Below, piece after piece: positions 11,806-22,030 of a stretch of DNA of 64,000 bases (its first letter is position 1; every line of letters starts with the position of its first letter). This DNA comes from Podarcis bocagei (lineage: Eukaryota): NCBI GenBank assembly GCA_964188305.1, contig OZ076894.1. One strand, written 5' to 3'. A program made the position numbers and the translations under genes. The notes under the pieces were generated by a model that was not told the origin of the DNA, searched no databases, and was given only the letters and a program-made list of their open reading frames with translations.

Positions 11806-13423
11806 ACAACACTACACACATTTAATTGGAACTGGACCCCATCAAAAACTATGACATGAGTTCTAAAGTAAGCAAGGTTAAGAATGAGTGCACTGAAGCT
11901 GCTTTTCAGAGGCATGCATGCTTCTTCTTTCCCGAATCATGACCATCTGCTGGCAAATGGCTTTTCTCCATTTCTCTGCAGCATTTCAAGTGGTACCTGG
12001 AAAAGAGCTCACAGCAGCACATAATCTACAGGTCTGCAACTGATGTATCCAGCGCTCATTTTAATCTCTCTCTCATTTGCAGTTATTTGGACAGAAGCTA
12101 GGATAATGAACCCCCACACAGGTCACAAATACCTGGAATGGGTCATAGAGGTTTAAAATGTTGTGTATGAAGAGAAGACCACCAACATGTCTGCCTTTCT
12201 CTTTCAGAAATATTCAAGCATTTAATTAGTTTTTCCTTAAGAGCCAGCTTAGCATGATCAGGAGCAATTTGCAAGATGGTCCCATTAATTTCATCACTCT
12301 GTTGAATCATACTGGATATGGGAAAGTGGCTCCCATGACAAAGGCAGCTAAAACTTTTTTACCTGGTAGGGAGGGTACTTCCATTCATAGATAGCTTGTG
12401 AGCAATCATGAATCTGCATATATTTTAAATGTATCTTATTCACATGGTCACATTCACACGAGCCATAAAACAGCATATTCACTTACTGGTATCTCCCTCT
12501 CCTACAGATGCCCAGCTTTCCAAATCTCTACTTTTACTGAGACCATAATCTCATTTTAAATTTTCTCATTATTACTTCTAATGAACCAAGTTACAAAACT
12601 AATTTCCCCCTTTTGGTTTATTTCAAACTCTTCTGCTGTGTGCAACTTTGTTTGGCTACATTCTTCTGCTTATACATCATGCACCCTGCTAATAGGTGTC
12701 TGAGTTCTTCTTGGTTCTATGAATACAATCTAACAAAGGAAGAATTTGAATTCTTCATTTATGCCGCTAGGCTTTTCCAGAACATAACAGTGTGGGGCTA
12801 TTCCTGGAATGTCTCCCCAGGACTTGGCAATACATAAAACTGACATGGCTGTCTGCTGATGCAAATTGGTGATGCAGTTCTATTAAAATCAAGACCATTG
12901 ATTTCAATGGATCTATGCCATGTGAACCACGGCGGAATGGCCATCTGTGTTGAGCCAGCTGTGCTGTGGGCTACACAATCCAGGGGGAAAAATGCAATCA
13001 TAAAAAATGGTGCTGTTTTTCTAAATTACTCTGCCCTCGTTTTCCAGAAAGGTTGAAACAAACCTACTTCCCCTGCTGATCTTAGCTCACTGAACATGTT
13101 AAACAATTTTACATCGGTATAAAAGTTTCAAAGCTGTGCAGGTTCTTTAAAAGCCAGATTTCTACCCAGAGAGTCTTAAATATGGTCTCCAACTCTCTTG
13201 ATGTACTACTAACCATATTGTTTGTCAATTATTTTGATGCCAGTCTATTTATTTCCTTTGTGAATTGTTTCCCATTAATCCCCCCCAAAGCAATTAACAA
13301 TGAAAACATCAACAGTAAAAACACCTATTAAAATAATTTCAAGTCCAATACAGATTGGGATTTTTTAAAAAATCTCCTCTTAAAAGGCTTGTTAGACAAG
13401 GAAGGGCTTTAATAAGTGCAAAC

Positions 13424-14101
13424 ATGATAATAGAGACAGCATGTGTCAGGGGTTCAGGGACAGAGGCACAGGTGAGGGGGGAGACGGAGAGCGATGGGGA
13501 AGAAACCCAAGACAGTGAGGAAGAGGATGACAATGACTTGAGGTCTTCCATGAGTCTCTCAAGTGAATCGGAGGATTCCCAGAAGGGGGCGCCCCTGGTC
13601 AAGCCAAGGGGGGTCACAGGGGGGACCTGCCAGGAGCAGGGAAGCAGCAGGGAAACCCCGAGTGGGAGTGGGAGATCGGGGTCGGCTTCCCAGGAGGAAC
13701 GGAGTGAAGAGGGTGGAGTTCCTAGTGTGACACTCGGAGCAGAGCAGGAAGGAGACAGGGGAAGGAGATCGGGGCAGGACGTCCTGCCGGAAGGGGCAGA
13801 GAGTAGTACAGGGAGTAGTGTAGCTGTCAAAAGGAAGGTCAGGGGTAGCGAACGCGCGCCAAGTTCAAATGTGGAGGCGCGCGGAAATGCAGAGAGCCCG
13901 GAGGAGGAGCCTGGCCCCAAAGCACGAAGGAGGGGGGAGCAGGCATCTGAGGGATCCGCGTCAGGGGAAAGCAGGAGGGAAGGAACCCAGGGGGGCAGGA
14001 AGACCCTGCGGAAAAGAAAGGACAGGAAGAGGTGGTCTAGCACAAGCCTCTTAAGCTGGTGTAGAGGCGGGACCGACTCAGAGGGGACTTCAAACGTCTA
14101 G
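13424..14101 (+). CDS. ORF running through the solo LTR; acidic, Ser/Gly-rich, basic C-terminal cluster; expression unknown
   Basis: Part of the 13355-14101 ORF. The first ATG (13424) lies in the host flank and the frame stays open to TAG at 14099-14101. No recognisable domain. Confidence 0.25.
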   Translation: MIIETACVRGSGTEAQVRGETESDGEETQDSEEEDDNDLRSSMSLSSESEDSQKGAPLVKPRGVTGGTCQEQGSSRETPSGSGRSGSASQEERSEEGGVPSVTLGAEQEGDRGRRSGQDVLPEGAESSTGSSVAVKRKVRGSERAPSSNVEARGNAESPEEEPGPKARRRGEQASEGSASGESRREGTQGGRKTLRKRKDRKRWSSTSLLSWCRGGTDSEGTSNV

Positions 14102-14227
14102 GCTAAAAGACGCGGGGCTGCACGCCTCGGTTGTGGAACCAATAATGAACTGCAATAAACATCCTTGTATATAAGAAGAGCTTGGCGTTGGTCTTTTGTG
14201 AGCTGAGACCTGAGGCAGCCCCTGACA
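13444..14227 (+). mobile_element. Solo LTR (784 bp), Gypsy- or ERV-type
   Basis: TG...CA ends with 9-bp inverted termini TGTCAGGGG / CCCCTGACA. Perfect 5-bp TSD GCATG (13439-13443 and 14228-14232). AATAAA at 14154-14159. GC-rich relative to the flanks. Confidence 0.88.
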
Positions 14228-16307
14228 GCATGTATATCAAACTTTATCACCTTTTGTGGCTCTTCCCCAGTGTTTAAATGTATCACCCTCTTGTTCTAAA
14301 TCAAGGCAACTCTATAACCAGCTCTTCACAGTAAGAGATGGCTGTAGTCATGTGGTATCATCTTGGCTTTTGTGTTATATAAAATATAGGTTAGGTAAGT
14401 TTATAATGAATCTCCAGTGGCATCTAAGAGGCTATTTGTTTATTCTGAACAGTCTGCATCCCAAACACTGCTAGGTTTATAAGTCTTTCCAGAATTCCAT
14501 GGAACTATAAAATATTTCTAAAACAGTAAAACAGGAGTCTCTCTCCATACACCTAAACATTTAGATTGGATTATTAAAAGTTTGCTTGTTTTCAGTTCCT
14601 GGAAAGAATAGTGAAAGTAAGTATTCCTAAATTAACTGGAACCTTTTCCCCAGCTGACAATGATTTAAAAACAAAATGCTAACTTCTTGAGCAGGTGCCT
14701 TTCAGCTCTGTAGGTTACCTTCCCATATTTAAATTCCATGCGATTCTGATTTGCATTAAGGCCCAAGGGGCGGGTGAGAAAATATTTCTGACCACTCTTC
14801 GGAGTGGTCCTTTTTCTCCTCTTTCATTGCAAGCTTTAACCAGCTTTAAGTGCAGAGAGTGAACCAGCTCAGCCCTGTTCAGTTTCTCCCTCTTCCCCAA
14901 GATCTACATCCTCTTTTTTTATCCTGTTCATACTTTTCAGCTTGCATCCTAAGACTAGAACTGGTCAAGATGCCCTAGTTTTAAATGTCACAGTCCACAA
15001 ATAGTTTTATCACAAGACTTGCTTTTGTGTAGTTTGGTCTGTCTGACAAGGGTGAAGTTCATGCTATGACTGGAATATTAAGATGACAGAAAACTCCTTC
15101 AGAAGAGGTATTTGGGACAACTATCCCATTTGAACAGTGCTTGGACCAGCATTTTAGGGAAGATAAATGTATTCGGTAGGCTCCTTAATACCTGTCTAAA
15201 GCTGCCGTCCAATGCACAATTAGTTGGAAGTAGGTTACAGTAAATAATGTGAGACTTGCTTCCAACAATAAGCATGCAGATGATCAGTCTGAAAAAGTAT
15301 TAATTATTTTTTCAACAGAGAAGACAGGGAAGTGATTGTCTGTGAATAATCCAGATTTCTCTGCAACTGAAGGGAAGGCTACAGTGTTCCTGAGCTACAG
15401 GGTCTCAATCTGTAGGCTTCTGAGTCAGAGCCAAGGCTTCTTTCTTCCCTCCTGAGAGAGGGGGGGAAAGCAAATGGTCTTGTGTCTAGCATTATAAAAC
15501 ATCTGGTAGAACGATCACAAAGGAGACTGCTAAGCATACAGTTTAACAGAGCTGCTGGGATCTTTTTATTACATTCATTTTCACACACACACACGCACAG
15601 AGACACACACTCATAAAAAGGTTGGAGTTTACTCAATTTTGCTAATGCTTTTGGAATTTTATTAATCAACATTAATAAAACAATGACACCTTTTAAAAAG
15701 CAATGGAGAGGAAAGTTTCCAAATACTTCCAATCAAAATAAATAATTTTAAACTTCATATTACACTTTAAAGGTTAAAAAAAAAGGGAGAGAACCCTTTT
15801 GGGAAATGGGTGTGAACTTTAAATTATCCCCATTAACACCAGAACTGGAGATGAGGGCCAAAATTCTTACGTTCTTTTGAAAGCTCCTTAATAGAAAGCT
15901 AAGGTGCTGCAGAATCAATAAAAGAGTGAAGAAGTGAGGTAGGAATCTCTCCCCCTGTGCTCCAGGTGGAAGTCTGAAGCACTCTTGACTACACTGTGGT
16001 GTCGAGTCAGTGGTTGCTTCCAGATGTCCTGTTGAGCATCCTTTCTGATCTGTTTGCAGGGAGTTTAGATGGTGTTTCTTTCCAGTGCACTTCTCCTTTG
16101 TTTTCCTTATCACGAAAAGTCTGATATTTTAGCCTAGTGCAAGCTTGTTGTGCAAGACCTCTCCATCAACTATGGCTGTGAATTTGCTGGTATGGGACAG
16201 AATCTTTCTCCCAAATAGTGACAGTCTTGAAATGCCTAGAGTGAGGGTGCTATCAAGCAACATGCCAGCTGTTCTGTTGTGGGGGGATATGAATGGTGTA
16301 CGGGCAC

Positions 16308-16480
16308 TAGAATTTCTATCCAGAGAAACCATGTACCACTGGCTCTCTCCATTACACTGGGTTTCTTTTATGCCCACTATATCAATGCCATCTTCTAAAG
16401 CCAGTACTCCAGTTCACCTGTCTTGGCTTGGAGGCTTCTAGCATTTGCATATAACCACTTGTATACTGTCTCTCTCTCTT
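16308..16480 (-). mobile_element. CR1-type LINE ORF2 N-terminal (APE endonuclease) remnant
   Basis: Minus-strand translation YKWLYANARSLQAKTGELEY, frameshift, then LALEDGIDIVGIKETQCNGESQW. This matches the NARSL...DIVGITETWW endonuclease motifs. Confidence 0.8.
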
Positions 16481-16774
16481 TAAGTATCTGTGGCATCTCC
16501 ACCCTGGCATCTTTAGCAAGAGATAGTGACGCACTCTTCTTGGGACCTTATGCAAGCAAAGTCTGCATTGGAACATTATTGAGCAATGGCTCCTCAACCT
16601 AAGCTGAGCCAGGTCAACCAAACTATGCCCCTGATCCCCTGTCTAGACAGCAGCTTCCTGTGTCTCTTCTGGGGAACAATATAGTAGAACCAGTTCAGGA
16701 AAGGACCTGGTGAAAGACAGGCACCCTTGCCACACCCACCTAGGAGATTGTGGCAAAGTGGATATATAGTAGTA

Positions 16775-16775
16775 A

Positions 16776-16813
<38 letters not shown>

Positions 16814-16885
16814 TTACTAATTTTTTATTTGTACCCTGCCCATCTGGTTGGGTTTCCCTAGCCACTCTGGGCAGCTTCCAACATT
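16775..16885 (-). mobile_element. L2-type LINE extreme 3' end with (TAG)n tail
   Basis: Reverse complement of 17162-17220, preceded on the + strand by a (TAC)n microsatellite. Confidence 0.7.
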
Positions 16886-16944
16886 GAATGGCCTGCATTT
16901 CTGTATTTGTTCAGAGATCACTGTGAATCTCAGAAACAGGGATG

Positions 16945-17221
16945 GAGCACCGAGGGCCTTCTGGGGCTTCCCTCATTGCAAGAAGTGAGGTTACAGGGAA
17001 CCAGACAGAGGGCCTTCTCGGTAGTGGCGCCCACCCTGTGGAACACCCTCCCTTCAGATGTGAAGGAAATAAGCAGCTATCTTCTCTTTAAAAGACATCT
17101 GAAGGCAGCCCTGTTTAGGGAAGTTTTTAATATTTAATGCTGTATTGTTCTTAACACTTGATTGGAAGCCACCCAGAGTGGCTGGGGAAACTCAGCCAGA
17201 TGGGCGGGGTATAAATAATAA

Positions 17222-17270
<49 letters not shown>
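16945..17270 (+). mobile_element. L2-type LINE 3' fragment with (TAT)n tail
   Basis: RAFSVVAPTLWNTLP...FKRHLKAALF is the L2/CR1-group ORF2 C-terminus, followed by the 3' UTR and a simple-repeat tail. Confidence 0.85.
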
Positions 17271-17272
<2 letters not shown>

Positions 17273-18012
17273 CAGTTTGGAGCATAGAGAGACTGAGAGC
17301 ATTTAATAGTGTGGCTAATTTCTGAGGTTACAGCCATCTGGAGTACCACTTCTGTACAGTTGGCCTAAGCATTCTTCCTAATGAATATTGGAAGGTGGAT
17401 ATTTACCCAGAATTCATTGAATTCTCTCTCTGAATATTTTGGAAGCTGTGAAAATGCGTCATCTGTTTTCTTCTTTTGTCAGCCATGTCACCAATGTCAG
17501 TCATCTGCCTTTCATTTTTAGGGGGCTGCATGCAGCCTAGAAAGCGGATACTAAATGCTAATACAGAAGAAGAAAAACCAATGGATTTAAAACAGGGGTC
17601 AGAGGAATCTTCGTCATATTGGCTACCAAGTCAGATCATGGGTTCATCTAACTCACCACTCCCTATGCTGACAGGCAGTGGATGTCTGCAGTCCAAGACA
17701 GGAGACTTTCTCAGCCCTATATGGAAATGCCAAGGATGAACCTGGGATCTCTTTTTCCAATCAGATGCTCTGTCACTTTGCTGTGGCCGTTCCTTCTGCA
17801 CATAGGGGCTCAGCAAAGGTGTGATGTTTGCTGTTTGAAACTTCTTCGCTCTGCTCTCTGGTGGTTATGGTAAGTGGATTTATTGTGTCTGGTGGGGTCT
17901 TTCCTCAGTAAGTAGAAATGAAAATAATAAACTAATGTTCTGCCCTTTTCTGCCAACACCTTTCATTTGGAAAGGTTCACTGATTAGTGTTTGTGAGTGG
18001 CTGATCCAAATG

Positions 18013-18620
18013 CCGTATTTTTCACTCTATAGGACGCACTGGACCTTAGGACGCACCTTGTTTTAGAGGTGAAGAACAAGAACAAAAATATTTTCCCCCC
18101 CCTGTGCAGCGCCCCTTCAGTGAAGCGACAGGAGAAACGGAGCCCCTTCCATTTCTCCTCCCGCTTAGCTGAAGGGGCGCTGCACCTTAGCTGAAGGGGC
18201 ATCTACCCTTCAGCGAAAGGGACCCGAAGCCTTGAGATAGCCTCCAGATAGCCTCGGGTTCCTTTCGCTTGTGGGGCTGGTGGTGGGGAAAGCCGAGCTT
18301 CCCTCACCGCCAGCCCTGGAGAGCAGTGGGAAGGCTATGCGCAGCCTTTCCGCTGCTCCCCAACCTGCTGCCTTCGGAGCGCAGTGCAAGTTCCCGCTGC
18401 GCTCTGCAGGCTTCGGATTCCTTTTGCTGAAGCCGGGAGAGCAAGACTCTCCTGGCTTCAGCGAAAGGAACCTGAAGCCTCTGGAGCACAGCGGGAACTC
18501 GCGCTGCGCTCCGAAGGCTTCAGGCGGCTATCCCTGGAGCCTGGAGAGCGAGAGGGGTCGGTGCGCACCAAGCGAAAGCAACGCGAAGCCTCCAGTGTGC
18601 TCCCTTTTTGCTTTTGGCTT
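18013..18620. mobile_element. Tc2/pogo-like DNA transposon fragment with a GC-rich repetitive interior
   Basis: Left end CCGTATTTTTCACTCTATAGGACGCAC matches the 44448 element. CpG-rich internal direct and inverted repeats. The right TIR was not found. Confidence 0.7.
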
Positions 18621-20624
18621 CACCCATCCCTGGTATGTGGCCCACAAAAGAAGGTAGTCCCCAAGCCAAAAAAGAAAAAGAAAAAAGTTTTCCCACTTCT
18701 CTTTCAAAAAGACAGGGGTCTTCCCAGAGTCTCATCAACTCTAGACGGATCATTAAAACATGTCTCTTTTAATATCACTTTATTTTTCATTGGTAGCGGT
18801 GACCATAAAGCGTGGCATCTTTGATTAACCTCCTTGTGTCATAATAGTTGTCACTGGAACGCTGTGCTGGCATTTGTTTCCATCCTGGACAAGGCAAGAG
18901 CTCCTCTTGTATTGATCTATAAAGCAGAAACATCTGTTAGAAGTGCTGCTGCAGGCTGCCTGCCAACCAGAGAGATGCTTATGGTTAACAAGCCCTTGTC
19001 CTACACTGTACATGTTGCAACAGTATATGCAAAAGCATAATAAGACCATGTGCAGATTCAGAGTTGAAAATTAAAGCACTGAGGTCAGGCGGAAAGAAAA
19101 CCTGCCAACAATATTTAGTTCAGCAATACATTTTTGTCTACAGAACAGCCACTTTACTGGGTGAATGATATTAAAGCACCTTTTTGCCTTGGTTCCATTT
19201 CTAGCTCTTTAGGTTTTTCTGGCCTGCAATAAAATTCAAATTCCAGCAGGACCCAATCCAACTATATCAGTGGGGGAGTTAATTATGTACTTCTCTCTTT
19301 TTAAAGACATGGGCATTAATAATATAATAAAAATAAGATGTTCTGGGTTGCATCCAAGATTAGTCTCAGAGTAGGCCCACTGAAATGATGAGGTGTGACT
19401 AAGTTAGGTCCATTAATTTCAATAGGTCTACTCTGAATAGGACTAACATTGGCTAGAACACAGGCCAGGATTACAAATCAGCATGGGACCCTGAAAAGTG
19501 TGGCATGGTCTGTAATCTGCCTCATACCTACAAATTATAGCCCACTTCCCTGGGAGTAAAGTCCACTTATTTTGGGCAGCTTTATGTATGTCTGTATCCA
19601 CATGCTTAGAACAGAACAGGAAATCAAGTCTCCCTCTGGAAAATTAAAGCAAGATGTAAATCTGTATATGAATATCACCTAGATTGTATTTCATCTTTAC
19701 AGGATAATTTAAAGTTATTATTCTTGAGAATTTTTAAACTTTGTAATAGCTGGAGACAAACAAAACTATTCTGGTTGGAGGCTCTATCAAACTGAGCTTT
19801 GTGACCATACAGTTCTTTGTCAGATCAATAATTCAATTGAATCTCTCTTCAAAAATGTTTTCAGATGATAAATTAGGAGAGTCAAAGAAGAAATATTTAG
19901 TCAGTCAGTGGAAGAGTTTCAGTTCCAGCAGAAATGTAATTTAGTTCTCAATGGGTCCCGAAATGAAAGGGGAATAACTGACGAAAGAGCTAGCTGTCAC
20001 TGCAAAAAGAATACCAGCTATACATCCTGCAGCATATCCTAGTCATGTAGAATAATATCTTTCCAAGATTAATGTCCAACATTTATTTCTAGTTCTGCAA
20101 ATGGCTGTTGGCAATTTCTCCTACATCTAGAAAAGGCCAAGTAGTGTTTTTAATAGACTTTTTGGATTTCAATGATTCTACAGACTTCCTTCTGGCACCA
20201 CTACCACTCCCCATATCTTGAAGAGGAAATTACAAAGCAATTGCAACACCTAGAAAGACAAAGGGGGACCACATTGGTAGAATACAGAATGATGCCAGTA
20301 AAGCAAATCCAGTAGAGAAGCAGTTGGGAATTTAAAAAAAACAAACAAGTCTTTAGAGTCAAAATTTAATCCTCTCTTCTTTTTTGCTGCTGTTGATGTT
20401 GCAAAAGCTGAACATTTGGAAGATCACTTTTAATTGATTCATAAACTGCCTCAAATACAGATAATGCAAATGATGGATTGAACGAACTCGGGTCACGTTC
20501 AAGAACAGCCCTGTAGGGTACACATCACCCCAAACAGTGTAGAACAGAGCCACCATGGCTAGCACCCATTGCTAGCCTTACTGCTCTGTGAATTTGTCTA
20601 ATCTTCTTTTAAACCCATTCATGT

Positions 20625-20886
20625 TAGTGATGGCCTCAAACCTGGGTGGCTTTAAAAGAAGATGAAACAAATTGGAGGAGGGTAGTTTCATAGCCATGAA
20701 GGTTATGTTCTACCTCCACTATCGGAGACAATACACCTCTGTAGACGCATCACTGGAGATCACAAGGGAGGAGAGTGTACAGTTTGCAGGCTTCCCATGG
20801 GCATCTGATTAGCTGCTGTGAGGACAAGATGCTGAGCCAGATAGGCCTTTGGTCTGATCTGACAGAACTCGTCTTATGTTCTTATG
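20625..20886 (+). mobile_element. Degraded CR1 LINE 3' end
   Basis: GTGATGGCC...GGCTTTAAAAGA...GGCCTTTGGTCTGATC...CTTATGTTCTTATG, a CR1-type 3' UTR and tail. Homologous to the 39685-39900 copy on the minus strand. Confidence 0.7.
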
Positions 20887-21266
20887 ATCTGACCAAGAGT
20901 AAAGGCCAGCATCTGGTATCGAACTGCATACAAGTATTTTTATTTATTTATCTAATTATCTATCTATTGAATTTCCATCCCACCCTTCAACCGAGGATCA
21001 GATTACAACACAACAATGCACAACAAAGTAACAAACAATACGCAGTTTAAAAAGCCATAGGCTGCTTAATTGGACAAAGCGCTGGGATGTAGATGTTTTT
21101 TGGAAGTACCTAAGTAATGCATGAAGGCGACAACCCTTCCCTTACATTTGGACACTTTGACACATATGTTCACGCCAATAGCCTGTACTCTGAGGTTCTA
21201 TTGAGTGAATATGGCTCATGGTCATTGACAATTCTATCCTCCATGACACAGTGCATTACTTTAGCT

Positions 21267-22030
21267 TAGGGGTCTGTAACCTTTTTGGACCAGGGCATGT
21301 GTTAAGTTTTGAGACATCAGTCACAAAATGGCTGCCATGGCAGCATGGCATAGTACACAATGACTGCCAGGCAGGATATTGTATAATACAAAACTATAGA
21401 AAGTACATTCATTGTTGCTTCTCCGTGCCATGGGCAACTTCAGGCTTACCTTGGGTAGCTAGCTGGCTTTGATGGTGGAGATCACACAATATTAATTCCA
21501 TACACACATAACAAAGCACACCAACAACATGGAGCATTCCCTAGTAACAGGAAAAAATATANNNNNNNNNNNNNNNNNNNNNNNNNNNNNNNNNNNNNNN
21601 NNNNNNNNNNNNNNNNNNNNNNNNNNNNNNNNNNNNNNNNNNNNNNNNNNNNNNNNNNNNNNNNNNNNNNNNNNNNNNNNNNNNNNNNNNNNNNNNNNNT
21701 GTCCTAACAAATGCATATCTCCCTCTCTCACACAGACCACACGTAGCTCTTTCTCCCTTTCTCTCCCAAGTGTATTTTTCCTCTCACACACATGGGTATT
21801 TGCAGGATTCTCGGTGGGTGGGGGAGGCTTTTGGAGAGGCAGAGCAAACCACTGAAAGGCATGGAGCAGGCTCATTTATCATGTACATGCTGTATGTACA
21901 TTTTGCCTCCTAGGTTCAGAAAATGCTAGAAACTTACTTTATTGATACCTGGAAACCTAAGGAGCATGGTTTAGCCTGAGGGCATCCAAGAAGCCCCTGG
22001 TGGGCACCATGGTCAGGTTGGTGACCCCTG
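21267..22030. mobile_element. hAT (Charlie-like) non-autonomous element spanning a gap
   Basis: Ends TAGGGGTCTGTAACC / GGTTGGTGACCCCTG, with TAGC-containing flanks. Confidence 0.5.
21562..21699. other. Assembly gap (138 N)
   Basis: Run of N. Confidence 1.

Noticed and set aside
15760-16113. ORF with Cys residues and a hydrophobic end resembling a GPI-anchored protein C-terminus
   Set aside because: No convincing splice acceptor or family motif, so likely chance.
18100-18600. CpG-island promoter
   Set aside because: The CpG richness lies within a transposon-derived repetitive interior. The same applies to the LTR at 13444-14227.
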